A stretch of 64,000 nt of DNA from NCBI GenBank assembly GCA_965153285.1, contig OZ229112.1. One strand, 5' to 3'. The translations under genes were made by a program, and so were the position numbers. The DNA is from Podarcis tiliguerta. Its lineage: Eukaryota. Below are positions 12,001 through 22,661 of this stretch, piece after piece. The notes below the pieces were generated by a model. That model saw only the letters and a list, made by a program, of their open reading frames with translations, did not search any database and had not been told where the DNA came from. Numbering within the stretch: position 1 is the first letter of the stretch; each line of letters opens with the position of its first letter.

Positions 12001-12450
12001 AGTCATTAGCAAAGATAGCATTTTGTTGCTGGCATGCAGCAAGTCAACTCTTTGTTTCAACAGAACTGATAGAAGGATGTTGGCAAGGCTTAAAGTACCT
12101 TACAGACACTTGAATTGGCTTTGACCCTATCATGGCTCTACCACCAGTAGCCCAGGAAGGTTGAGTTGTTTCAATCTCACAATTAAAGGGTTGTGGCAAA
12201 ATGAAAGTGTTGTATCGGCATGAGAGATATTTTACTTTTTCAGCAGAGGAAATTCTACTGGAGTTATTGTGCATGTGCAATGCCTAATGGAGACTTCTCT
12301 TGTTCCTTACAGAAGCCCCTTGGAGAGCAATTTAGGAAGGAAGTTCATATCAGAAACCTTCCCTCTCTTTTCAAGAAGGTGAAGGCACCCCTAGATACAA
12401 GTCCATTGGATAAAGAAGATGGAACCCTCATTGCGCTCTTTGAGCAATAA
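2956..12450 (+). CDS. XPO5: Exportin-5, 3' part (12 coding exons; gene begins upstream of the window)
   Basis: join(2956-3056,4724-4820,5409-5545,6266-6363,7188-7234,8062-8159,9483-9545,9708-9790,10204-10311,10488-10628,10815-10979,12313-12450). All introns GT..AG with consistent phases. Translation matches the XPO5 C-terminus (NNIPDYRLRPMLRVFVKPLV, KPLGEQFRKEVHIRNLPSLFKK). Confidence 0.97.
3778..4136. mobile_element. Degraded non-autonomous hAT-like DNA transposon
   Basis: Imperfect TIRs CAAGGGTCAGGGACCT / AGGTTCCCTACTTCTG; TSD degraded. Confidence 0.45.
4724..4820 (+). CDS. XPO5: XPO5 exon (LPQPLLEIYDSPVYK...TLYDN)
   Basis: ttttag acceptor, gtaaga donor, 97 nt. Confidence 0.95.
5409..5545 (+). 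CDS. XPO5: XPO5 exon (FHVLGNAG...RLRPML), followed by a U12-type intron
   Basis: ttgcag acceptor, GTATCCTTT donor, 137 nt. Confidence 0.95.
5546..6265 (+). other. XPO5: U12-type (minor spliceosome) GT-AG intron of XPO5
   Basis: Donor GTATCCTTT. Branch site TTCTTTAAC at 6244-6252, 13 nt before the end of the terminal CAG. No real polypyrimidine tract. Confidence 0.9.
6266..6363 (+). CDS. XPO5: XPO5 exon (VFVKPLVLSCP...FTYLYV)
   Basis: gcacag acceptor, gtaaga donor, 98 nt. Confidence 0.95.
7188..7234 (+). CDS. XPO5: XPO5 exon (RLSQKWQVINQRSVL)
   Basis: tgtcag acceptor, gtaagt donor, 47 nt. Confidence 0.95.
7590..8010 (-). mobile_element. L2-type LINE fragment
   Basis: Peptide RLCYFNVLYVGLPL..IVQNTAAR parallels LDYCNALYVGLPL..LIQNAAAR of the L2 copy at 29.2 kb. 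Confidence 0.65.
8062..8159 (+). CDS. XPO5: XPO5 exon (SDEDAADDNPESQEMLEEQLV...DLI)
   Basis: CAGCAG tandem acceptor, gtgagt donor, 98 nt. Confidence 0.93.
9483..9545 (+). CDS. XPO5: XPO5 exon (VCCVAKKG...ADGD)
   Basis: ttgcag acceptor, gtgagg donor, 63 nt. Confidence 0.93.
9708..9790 (+). CDS. XPO5: XPO5 exon (EEMMSTEV...LMKQE)
   Basis: ccgtag acceptor, gtaagg donor, 83 nt. Confidence 0.94.
10204..10311 (+). CDS. XPO5: XPO5 exon (NVCSALL...CWPLLKE)
   Basis: ctccag acceptor, gtgctt donor (weak), 108 nt. Confidence 0.92.
10488..10628 (+). CDS. XPO5: XPO5 exon (ALTKNMMIPEAVAW...QIYEAL)
   Basis: ctgtag acceptor, gtaagg donor, 141 nt. Confidence 0.94.
10815..10979 (+). CDS. XPO5: XPO5 exon (RPRYAELK...IAGCIG)
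   Basis: ttgaag acceptor, gtaggt donor, 165 nt. Confidence 0.93.
11300..11530 (+). mobile_element. tRNA-derived SINE (MIR/L2-tailed squamate type), degraded
   Basis: tRNA-like head (TGTGGTGTAATTGTTAAAG...), GTGACCTTG core, AT-rich tail. Confidence 0.6.
11642..11988 (-). mobile_element. Full-length Sauria SINE with 12-bp TSD
   Basis: Minus-strand 5' end GGATGCGGGTGGCGCTGTGGGTTAAACC, 3' end CCCTTTACC; TSD AGCAGGGAGAAA at 11630-11641 and 11989-12000. Confidence 0.9.
12313..12450 (+). CDS. XPO5: XPO5 last coding exon (KPLGEQF...ALFEQ*)
   Basis: ttacag acceptor, stop TAA at 12448-12450. Confidence 0.95.
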   Translation, partial: KPLGEQFRKEVHIRNLPSLFKKVKAPLDTSPLDKEDGTLIALFEQ

Positions 12451-13790
12451 AAGCTCAGGACACTTTCACTACCCCCTTTTCTATTCTGTGTTCTTTCACG
12501 GTAGCCATTTGCCTACTTTGTCTACTCTTCCCCCTGTGTTTGGATTCAGCTCTCTCACTGGCCCCCCAGCTCTTTCTGCTTCGGAGGCTGGAGGACTGAG
12601 TTCGTCACATCCCATCTACTACACAAAACCTGTTGGATTTCCCTATTTCCATTTGCAGCTTTATTGCACAACCTCATTTTCCTGGATGGAGCCTAGCCAT
12701 TCAGCCCTATCAATCAGTGGACCAGTTCTGTCGGAACTAACTTTCACATGGGCACACAATGCTTTTCCAGCGAAGGCAGCATGCTGCCAGATCTCTACTA
12801 TGTCTTCAGGATCCCTGCACTGTGGCTGCCTCAATATGGCACTACCAGAGGACTCGTCTGCTTCCCTTTGGAAAGGCCCAGCTCTTCCAAGTTAACCCAA
12901 ATCTGCACACTGAGCATTGCTGAACCCGACAAGTCTCGGCCGACTTCAGGTTTCTCTAGAGAAGCAGCACTCTGCCATATATCCCATCAAACCGGAGACA
13001 GTTCAGGAACTGGTGAAGTCTCTCTTACTGTCAGTTTGGCTCAGCCATACCTCAGGAAGCCTGAAGTGAACTATCGGTCCTCGTTTGGCCTAAGAACATT
13101 ATAAAAATCGTATCCTAGCTTGAACTCTGGTCTTTGCTGTCAGACGCCAGAGTACTGTAGACGACAATAGCCCAGGGATACTTTGTGCTGGTCTGAAATA
13201 CTTAACAACTAGGATGAAATGCTGCATTTGGGGACGCAGCAGCAGAGTTCTGGATTATCCTCTGCAGTGCCTGATGGTTCAAAATGCCTCTAAATCGGGC
13301 CTTAAAGTAGGCTAGGGTTTGCTTGTATAGCATAGGATTCCTAGCCCGCTTTTAAGTTTAAATCTTCAGCACTAATTTGGTCTTTGCTTAATAACTGCCG
13401 CAGTAGTTTAGCTGGAGATGCAAAAGAACGTTCATTGGAGAGAAGTACCGGTATGTTTTTAAGTGGCTTTGCAGTGCATAGATCTGGTCACATTAATAGA
13501 AAAGTGTGAAGGAAGCAGGCCTTAAGCTGGTGTTCAGATCCTCACTAGTACCCCCAAATCAACTTCCATTTACCCTCTTAAAGTCTTGATCTCAGTGTAA
13601 CTTTTATTAAAACAAAACTGCCACGACAAATAGCGTTGAAGTCTAGCCTAACTGTATTTATTGTGTCATGAGTATATTTTTAATTTTCTGTGGCCATAAT
13701 AGAAAAAAATAATAATAATGTTAAGGGGTTTTGTTAGGGATGTTGTATCTAAAGATGTCTCAAATCAATTGTGATACACCTCTGAATGTC

Positions 13791-13796
13791 AATAAA
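13791..13796 (+). terminator. XPO5: Probable XPO5 polyadenylation signal AATAAA
   Basis: AATAAA after an AU-rich stretch (TGTA, TATTTAT) about 1.3 kb past the stop, followed by U-rich sequence. Confidence 0.6.
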
Positions 13797-13833
13797 GCTC
13801 TTTCAGTTTTATACATAAATTCTTGGTCCTGAG

Positions 13834-13839
13834 TTTATT
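13834..13839 (-). terminator. POLR1C: Candidate POLR1C polyadenylation signal (AATAAA on minus strand)
   Basis: TTTATT on the plus strand, about 890 nt past the POLR1C stop. Confidence 0.45.
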
Positions 13840-14725
13840 CTCACAGTTATTCTGCAGTTAGTTCTCACTGAAGCAACTCTTCTCATGTTTGAATTTTACA
13901 GCAGCTTTTTTACTATGGCAAAACTTGTATAGGTCAAAAGCTGCAAGATTATATTTGCTGGAAGGCTCACAAAATCTATTTAGTTTAATGTTCAAAGGTA
14001 AAGTTCATTGCTAAAATTATCTTGGCCATTCATTCTGAATATGGGGTAAAGATAGTTTATCACGCTCCTCAACAGTTGAAATTGCCAAACTACATATAAG
14101 CTATTAGATCAATAATCAGCCCAACTGCACCTCCATTCATGTATTAAAATAAAGCAGTTAGAGGATAAAAAAATCATCTTACTCCATAGGCAGTTGAGGT
14201 CTCAAAATTATTTAATAAATAATAGAGAAGCTCAATGACATCATATTTTTTAGAATTCTGCTATTTGAGTGGCAGAAGAATCATCATAGGCATTAGACCT
14301 CACTGTGTAGCACCTTTGAGATTATCCATCAATATACATCAGTGGAAAGTTAATGGCAATTCTCAGAAAAGGTGGTCCTATTAGTCTTTAAAAAAGCAAC
14401 TTAGAAGATATTGCAATTGCTGGAGCCTACCCATCTTCTGCTTGCAGGGTATTTTTTATCCACTTATGATATATCTGGCAAATTTGGTCTTTGCAATAAG
14501 CTGCCTAGTGGCATCACATATCCCTGCCTTTTCAGCCACATATCAAATTGAGTGCCACAAAAGTAAAAGGTACACAACCACTTGCTTCAGCCTTTCACAT
14601 CTGTGGTAGAGGGTCCATTTCTCCTTGTCTATTGACCCAGACTTGGTTGACGCCCTCCTTCATGACACAGCTGCAGCAATCCCAACCAAGTGAATCCTTA
14701 TGCTGAACTTTTCAGAAAGAAAAAC

Positions 14726-14844
14726 TTATTTCTTTTGGATGAATTTAAGCTCCTCCAGGAACTGCTGACACTTTCCTATCAACACCTTGATTGCTTCACT
14801 CATCAGCACGTCTGGAGGCAAGACACCTGTTGACTCAACAGAAA
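14726..14844 (-). CDS. POLR1C: POLR1C exon 9 ([10 protein letters not shown]...FIQKK*)
   Basis: ttcag acceptor, TAA stop. Confidence 0.94.
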
Positions 14845-17800
14845 CTGAAGAAACGGGATAGAATTAGATCCAAGGTAGCCAGTTTAATAACTGAAAATAC
14901 AAAAAAAAAAAAAAAAATAACCACCCCAAAACATGCTCCAGGCAAGGCAATTCAATTGGCAACATAATGCCTCAATAGACAGCATTGCACTGTGTGGTCT
15001 TATGCTCTTGTTAATAATCCTAAGAATTCAGAACAGTCTTAACATCCAATAGGGGGTGGGGGGAAGAGAGGACATTTTTGCTCTTTGAAAATCTTTATGC
15101 TTTTGTAACCATCAACCATGTAACCACCAAGAACACTTTACTGTTTTTAGATTTTTAAGCACGGTTGAGGGGTAAGCTTAAGCGTTTGAAGACTGAAATC
15201 TGGTGCTAAATCTGCAATCCTGACTATTTAGAAATACCTCATATTTATGATTTACTCTCAGGTAAGTAGAATTAGGTTGCAGCCTTACTCAGCTAAAATG
15301 ATTGGCAACTTTGTTTCACATCAGTACATACATAAACAGATTTTATATAGAACTATGGTAAAAGCATAGAAAACTACTTGAGGCCCCTTAGACGCATGAC
15401 TACCACCCACAGTTACTACATATAGTAAAATGTCAGAGAAAGGGGCAGCGACAGAAGCATTTGAAGGCTTACTCACAGATGTAGTGATCTCGCACCCGAG
15501 CCAAGCGCACAAGGTTTTTCAGGTCATTGTGACGAAAAATTTCTCTACTGAATGTGTCCAATCGAGCGTTAGCCACTCTTGCCACTTTTTGCCCTAGAGA
15601 AACAGACCAACACTTAATATGCTAAACAGGTATGCTAGTGTGTTTACTGAACGTTCCCTCTCTACTGCTGAATTACGAACCTTTCTGCATCCCAAAGACA
15701 AGGGACATATATTCTAATGAGGAAACAGTTTCAAAGAATTTCCTCAAGGCCAGAGCAGTGGAGCCAAAGGTGGCATTTTCCAGGCTAGCCAGAGGGCAAT
15801 TACAGTTTAATCTTATTATGCATAACAACAGGCCTCAAGGGAATTTTACTCCCCAAGTATGTGTGCATAAATCATATTACTATTTCAAGGAACTCACCAA
15901 GACCTCAAAGAGTGTTCACAAGCTAAAATTATCCTGACATGTTGATGGTCAGATAGGATAGGATAGGATCCCTGAAACATTGTGCAGACAACAAGCAGAA
16001 GGAAAGAATCGTAGCCCCAAGTTTTCAATTTCTACAAACCGCACTCGACAAAATACCTGGGCGGCAAGGTGCTGTAGGCCAGAAATGAGACCTCAGAAGA
16101 ATACACATTTACCCAGACTTGGTATAGAGATGGTGTATCAGCATTTCTGGTTTTCTCATCTCAATAAACAAAGCCTCTGATTTTTGCAGTCTAGGGTAGA
16201 GATTGGCCCTCCAGAAACTGTTAGATGCCAAGTCTCTCTCATCAGATGATGGGAGCTACAGTCTTAACAGTTTCTGGAGGGTCACAGAGTCCTCAAAGGG
16301 GAGGAGGTACAAAATACCTTTGATTTCCTGGACCTCAATAACCCCAGCAGAAAAGCAGTTCTTCAGCCTCTCAGCTGCTTCTCCTTCGATAGGTTGTAGT
16401 AGAGTGATTTCTGGCAATAGCCGGTAACTGGCTGTAGCCACTGGAGAAAACTTTGCATGGTCTTTACCTGAGTAAAGAGAGTGTTCATTAAATAAAAAAT
16501 CAGAGAGGGACAGTCGGTGAGAAACCTGGAACTGTTGTTTTTCTTTAATCAGCCACCTAAACTTATATACACAACCAGTTCCTTGGTGGTTAATAATTCA
16601 AATTACCTGCCCTACCCAAAACAGGTTAGAAATTAGGTCATTTGGAATTCGAAACAGAAAGAATCTATTTCTGTTGCCTCATGATGGACCACACACATGC
16701 AGACTTTCATTAGCTGCAGAGACATCCTGCAGTAACCCCTGCACGGAAAGGTCACCGCCTGTACTTTACACAGCCCAAGGTCACAGACAGATCTTTAACA
16801 ATGCAAAGAGATGAGAACTGCAAGGTCTCACCATGGACCAGAGACAAGTTTCTTCCTTAAAGCAAAGACAAACTACTGAACAATGCAGAATGCCCATTCC
16901 AACAAACCAAAGACATCCTATCCTCTGGTAAAAAGGATATTAGCAAAACACATCTTGTAAATCACCAAGGAGCAAATACTAGCCAAACCCAGAAATCTCA
17001 GTGGTCCCATGCCCCACATTTCCAAAAAGTTTGCCAACTCCATCCCGGCACTCCAGCTGCCTCACCAATGCCTTTGACGCAGTGCATAAGTACATCGATC
17101 TCTTGGCCGGGCCGCAGCTGGGCAATGAGGATGTCGTCATGTACAGGACGGAACTTGGCATTCATGTTGTCGGCCTGAGAGCCCAGTGGCACCCATTCCA
17201 TGTGCTTGCTGTAAACTGAAAAAAGAAAAGGCCAAAAAAGACTTGCGTCCGTAACAAGGCAGGCAACTGAATCAACTCTTAACTCCTCTCTCCACAAAAG
17301 GAAACAAACAATAGGCTGGAAGCTGGGGAAGGCATAAAGCAATTAATAATACAAAGCAAGCTCTGGTGTTGTCATCTCAGAGCAATTGTGAGAGAGCAAA
17401 GGGACTGGGGACTGTCTCTCTCATGACACTAACAGCAGAGGAAGGAGCAGCTTTACCTTTATGGTTGATATACAATTCGTTAGGGTCAGACGATTCCTTG
17501 GCTGCCTGAGGATTCCTGTGGCACTTTATTTTCAACTGGAATTGCAGAGTGTTAATTTCATCACATTCGTCTTCTGCAAAAGGAACGGAAGAATAAACTG
17601 AAGTTACCCTGAGCAACTGCTGCTTCCACTGGATGCCCAGGTTCTTCTGGTGCAGGGGATGGCTAATCTTTTGTGAGGCCAAGCATTGCATTGACCCACA
17701 GGCAGCCACTGGAGGCCAGGAGTCAAAGTGGGTGTGGCCAAAGTGTAAGAGTGGGTGTGGCCGACTTCTAAGGGATGCCTTTTTTTAAAGACACATTTTG

Positions 17801-20800
17801 TTGGGGCACAAATAGCTTTTGGTATTACGCAATCACATCAGTGGAGTCATAGGTTAGTAAAATAAAATAATAATACATTTTTTTACTGGACAAATTGCAG
17901 AGAAGGTTACAAAAATCCTTTTGGCATTGTAATATCACAGTGGGAAGGGAACAGTAAAAAATAAATAAATTGTGGGGGGTTCTTAGTGGGCTGTATGCAG
18001 CCTGTAGACTAGCCACCACTGTTTTAATTTCTAGTCTGTCCTAGCCAATGGGATCTTCCACAAATTCTTCTCACCTTCACTCTTGTATTCAAAGAGACGA
18101 GGATCTGCACAGATAGGGATCAGTCCCAAACGATGAGCTAGAATTTCATCCTGCACAATGGAGGTGTTATTGTACACAAAGACCTTCTCTACGGCCATAG
18201 TTGGCACCTAAGCAAGAGTAAAAAAAGAAGGTCATTTCAAATCAATATCCAGACACATTTCCTCTCAAAGCAGCAGTCCTCAATAAAGAGCTACAGCGAT
18301 CATTTCAGCCCTACCTGCATTGAAAGAGGCTGTGGTGCGGCTGCTCCTAAAGACGCTAGCTCTGGACCCTTTGGATCGGAACAGGTATCAGCCAGAATAC
18401 CCCTTCTGGGGGAAGCTAATGGAGAGGGCCATGGTGGGGCAGCTGCAGGCATTCTAGGAGGACAACTTGGGACCAGTTTGCCTGTGGGATCACCTTACCC
18501 CACATGTGCCCACTCAACTCCTTCAAATGGCGGAAATGGAACTACTACAGATGCCACGTAATACTTTTTTGAAATAACTTGGTTGTTTAGCGTGTGTAAG
18601 TTCCCTGCACTTTGGAACTCCTTGTGCCTGCTAAAAATATTCTTGTTTAGACTAGCCCAGCCAGATGCTTAGGAAGCTATGGTGATTTTAATCTGTTTCC
18701 ATGTTTCAACCTTTGTGTGTTTTAAAGTATGGCTGTGATTTTTTCTCAGTTTTGTTGTTTTACCTTTTTGTAAACTGTTTTGCAGGTGTGTTTTTTACAA
18801 TGAAGTGGTGTATAAATAAAATGAAAGTTTGTTTAAATCTTCACTATTGGATTTTAAATTTCTTTAACCTGCCCTGGAACCATATGGTAAAATGTGGGTA
18901 AGAAATCAAGTAAAATTAATAAATGAGGACCAGTTTAGTGCATTGATGAGGACGCTGGGCCAGGAAGTTTGTCTACACCTCACCATTAGCAAATTCATCA
19001 AGGATGGTTTAAAATATTACCAAGGCATTTTATTTTGAGAATGAGCTTGTGTGATTCAGCTAGTGGCCTATCTACTCCATCAGTCTGTTTGCAACAAAGA
19101 CTAGCCAGGTGCCACCAAGAATCTCATAAGCAGAGATGCCACCATTCATTGTTAGTATGCAATGCAGGGGACTAAGATTTATACTGCTTCTAAATACAGA
19201 AAAATTAGCAGGAGTCTTGTGGCACCTTAAATACTATCAAGTGTATTATGGAATTAAGCTATCATGGAACAGCTCAATGGGTTTGAGCATTGATAGCTCA
19301 GTTAGTTAGAGGGTGGTGCTGATAATGCCAAGGTCGCAGGTTCAATCCCCATATGGGACACCTGCATATTCCTGCAATGTAGGGGGTTGGACTAGATGAT
19401 CCTCAGGATCCCTTGCAACTCTACAATTCTATCATTCATATCATAAGAATTTGAACATTTTGTGCAGTCACATTGGCCAAGAGCTGTTCCTCGATCCATG
19501 CTCTATGAAAGTGCCTAACACCAATGGCCACTGACACATCCAATAAAACACTAAAAATCTGATTTATACAAATTATCCCCAAATGACTAGATAATCTATA
19601 CACAGCACCAAGCTTGCTATTCCAGACAACAGTTTTTCTAGATTCTAATGGCATCTGAAATTCATGAATGTCTGCTTGCTTTCCACAACAGAGAAGTATA
19701 TTTTAAACATTGCAACGTTCAGAAGTGTTTCTATATATTTCAAATGGTTCTCAAGGCCTCCCATCTCATTTTGCCCATATTGGAGTCTTTAACTAACCTG
19801 CTCAACAGATTTCCTCCCAACATATTTTTGTATATTTTTCAGGGAAATCTGAAATATATTTATTGTATATTCTAAAACAACTCCATTCTGGCCTTTTTGT
19901 ACTTGCAGAAAGGAGTAGCAGCCAAACCTGGGCAACTAAAGGATTATCTTGCAAGTGTCTTATTAGTTGCTTGGGAAGAGAAATGGATACCTCAGCAAGC
20001 AAGATGCGTCGGAAGGCATTAGCAATGGCAGCATCAATCCCCACCATGTCAAATTCCAGAGTGCTTTCATCCATGTGCATCACATCTACTCTGAAATTCT
20101 GTTGGGGACAAGAAGGACAAGTGTTCAAAATGGACATTGTTTGTAGGTTTAATATGATAAAAATGCCATGAAATAAAATGTGGCAAGTAACCCACACAAC
20201 CCAAGGACCCATGGCTGGTGCTCATTGGGAACCGTAGGGTGGAAGGCAAGGAGACCAACAGTAGGTGACACCAGAGCCAATGTCAGATAGAACCAACTAA
20301 TTTTAGCTTTGCTACTATCCACCTCCCTCCTGAGTCGTACAAGGACAACACAGAGATCAAGCAGGAGGAGGTTCATGGCCAGTGCCACCCCCTGGACTGG
20401 ATGTAAGGAAGAAGGCAGGCACGTGAGGACTTGTTCAGGATTAGGTGAGCTGGGTGGGGCAGTGTCATCTTTCTTCTAAGAGAGCACCCTTCACTGACAA
20501 CAGTGCAATACGACACAACAGCGTAAAAACTTAATGACAAAGCAAAGGGCAATTGAACCAGAGTGAAATGTTTGCGTGAATAAACATGTTTTAACTGCCC
20601 TTGGAGACATTATAATGAAGGTGCCTCCTGTATCTCTGACTGAGAGTCATTTGCCTACCACCAGCAGCATCATTCTCAACAAACCTCAAGCTAAGATGCA
20701 CTTTTTCATTTGTGTACCTTTGAAAAGCATCCTGGAGCACACTTTAAACCCACAGCCCAGATGCATAGTGTCCAACTAGGCTGACAGCATTTCTGAATTC

Positions 20801-21117
20801 TTGTCTGAACAGTACGACAGCCTGAACAAAGCTACAAATCATTCCTAACCACTGGCCATGCTGGCTGGAGTGATGAGATTTTTGATCTCAAGCATCTAGA
20901 TGCAATCAGGTTGGAGAAGGTTGATCTAGAAAGACAGGATATTCCACAACCCTACAGGTTGCTATTTTTGCATGCCCCCACAATCACTGAGTGATGCAAG
21001 ATTCCAGGGGTTTAGGTGGTTACCCAGGGTTCATGTTTCCTTTTGGAAATGAGGCACAGTGGAGATTGTGGTGTCTTTACAATATATGGCTTATTTACAT
21101 ATATATATGTATGTATA

Positions 21118-21149
<32 letters not shown>

Positions 21150-22661
21150 AATATATATATACACACATAACCTGAGCCTACAATGGAGGGTCTTGTTTTT
21201 CCCATAGTCGCAGACTTAGATTCAATTAAAAATCAAACATTGATCTCAAATGTTGCTATGAGTCTCCCTCCAGCTTACTGCTGTAGTTCTATGTCACCTC
21301 ACTGCCAGCTCTCAATTCTTGCTTCTGTCTTTTTCCAGTTACCAGTCAGTTGAAGGAGGAGGGCATCCATTTGCTGCCTCACACAGATCCACTTTCCTTT
21401 GTTTCTCTTAACGGCTCATCACACTGGCTATCACCTCAACACAGGAAGCTAGCCTAGTTTATATTTTAACACTTGCTGGATCCAGGGGTTAGAAGGGAGC
21501 TGCATTCAGCCTTCTTCCTCCCACCCCAAATTCATAACACTATGAAGGACATCAGTAGGCACAAGAAAAACTATTAAGAAGAGGTGGGAAACCTGGGGTT
21601 CTCCAGATGCGCATGGACTACAACTTCCATCATCCTTAACTATTGGCCATGCTGGCTGGGGCTGATGGAGTTGGAGTCAAACAACATCTGGACGGCCACA
21701 GGAGCGCCATTGGAGGGGGGATCCCCGGCCTAAAGGAAGCCAGCATTTTAGAGTGTCCAATAGGAAGATGTACAACCCATTTACTTAAGCACCAAAAGTA
21801 CTCACCTTTTCAAACTTCTCCTTGTCCCAGGCATCATCATATCCAGAGTAATTCCCAGGAAAGTCTGTTGTGTGGACCTAGAAGAAGAAAAGACCACAGC
21901 TCAGTGGTATAGCATGTAGTTTGCACCCACAAGGTTCCAGGCTTAATCCCCTGCTAGAGCTAGGAAAGGCTCTTGTCTGAAACCCTGGAGAGTCACTGCC
22001 AGCCAAAGTATATGATACCAAGCTGGACAGACCCAGGGTCTGACTCAATGTAAGGCAGATTCAGGTGTTCAAAGGGCAGAACGAGTGGCAGATATTCACT
22101 TTACGTAGGTTATCTGCAGCACAAAGGGAGAGGGCAGAATTTACACGTGTGTTACTGGTCATCTAACGATTGTCCAATAAGTCGACTTGCATGTGGAAAA
22201 TAGGCAAAACTTCCCAAGCATCTCAGACACATTACTTCAACTCTAACACATCACTTTGTTTTTAATGAAGCCACTTCATATATGCCAACCAATAGATGTT
22301 TTCTGTATTAGTAGAGTATTTTAGTTGGATTTTTGCATTGGGTTTTTATTTTGTAATGGACATCAGTCATTAAAAAGACAGTATAAATAATAAAATAAAT
22401 ATATATGAATCGTTGAGCAGGAACTACGCCTGTCCACACCAAAGACTGGCGCCACGCGCACGCAACACGCAGCCCTCGACGCGTGTATCCCTTCCAGTCC
22501 CCATGAAAGCCTCACACTAAGCCCTTTAGCTGCCTCCACTTCGGGACCAGAGATTGTCGCTCCTCCGGCATCTTTCCTGCTCTTTGACTTACGTTGCGGA
22601 CGCCAAACTCGCCCAGGACCACCCGGCTCCGCATCTCTTCCACGCTCCTGGACGCCGCCAT
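14726..22661 (-). CDS. POLR1C: RNA polymerase I and III shared subunit RPAC1/AC40, complete, 9 exons, 344 aa
   Basis: complement join(22593-22661,21806-21877,19991-20098,18075-18207,17457-17573,17066-17215,16318-16467,15477-15593,14726-14844). [33 protein letters not shown]..., [35 protein letters not shown]. Phases consistent. Confidence 0.97.
15477..15593 (-). CDS. POLR1C: POLR1C exon 8 ([17 protein letters not shown]...RDHYI)
   Basis: tag acceptor, gtgagt donor, 117 nt. Confidence 0.95.
16318..16467 (-). CDS. POLR1C: POLR1C exon 7 ([18 protein letters not shown]...QEIK)
   Basis: cag acceptor, gtattt donor, 150 nt. Confidence 0.95.
17066..17215 (-). CDS. POLR1C: POLR1C exon 6 (YSKHMEW...HCVKGI)
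   Basis: cag acceptor, gtgagg donor, 150 nt. Confidence 0.95.
17457..17573 (-). CDS. POLR1C: POLR1C exon 5 ([11 protein letters not shown]...LYINHK)
   Basis: cag acceptor, gtaaag donor, 117 nt. Confidence 0.94.
18075..18207 (-). CDS. POLR1C: POLR1C exon 4 (VPTMAVEKV...FEYKSE)
   Basis: tag acceptor, gtgaga donor, 133 nt. Confidence 0.95.
18300..18830 (+). mobile_element. Degraded L2-type LINE fragments
   Basis: RT-like remnant ([19 protein letters not shown]) followed by an L2-like 3' end and A-rich tail. Confidence 0.5.
19287..19438 (+). mobile_element. tRNA-Ile-derived SINE with CR1-like 3' tail
   Basis: Head TAGCTCAGTTAGTTAGAG..GCTGATAATGCCAAGGTCGCAGGTTCAATCCCC; tail GGGGTTGGACTAGATGATCC...ATTCTAT. 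Confidence 0.75.
19991..20098 (-). CDS. POLR1C: POLR1C exon 3 (NFRVDVMHM...RILLAE)
   Basis: cag acceptor, gtatcc donor, 108 nt. Confidence 0.95.
20992..21539 (-). mobile_element. Probable solo LTR with internal (TA)/(TATG) microsatellite
   Basis: Minus-strand termini TGTTATG...GCATCA (TG..CA), TATA-like and poly(A)-like motifs inside; TSD not clean. Confidence 0.45.
21581..21702. mobile_element. Short palindromic MITE (GGACTACAACTCCCATCA...TGATGGGAGTTGTAGTCC family)
   Basis: Internal inverted repeat; related degraded copies near 20840, 38655, 43730, 46430, 49120 and 51720. Confidence 0.65.
21806..21877 (-). CDS. POLR1C: POLR1C exon 2 ([10 protein letters not shown]...KFEK)
   Basis: tag acceptor, gtgagt donor, 72 nt. 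Confidence 0.95.
21891..22070 (+). mobile_element. tRNA-derived SINE (Squam3-like)
   Basis: Head AGCTCAGTGGTATAGCAT, body CTGAAACCCTGGAGAG, end GTCTGACTCAATGTAAGGCAG. Confidence 0.7.
22593..22661 (-). CDS. POLR1C: POLR1C exon 1, coding part
   Basis: AAGATGG start context, gtaagt donor. Confidence 0.95.

Noticed and set aside
12419-12895. 158-aa ORF overlapping the XPO5 stop
   Set aside because: Alternative frame running into the 3' UTR; low-complexity, with no recognisable homology
19287-19362. Apparent tRNA-Ile gene (likewise the tRNA-Lys-like sequence at 48460-48528)
   Set aside because: Stems are degraded and it is fused to a LINE-like tail, so it is a SINE head rather than a functional tRNA
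18208-19990. POLR1C intron 3 donor GTATCCATTT resembles a U12 donor
   Set aside because: Mismatch at +7, no TCCTTAAC-like branch site and a normal pyrimidine tract at the acceptor; treated as U2-type
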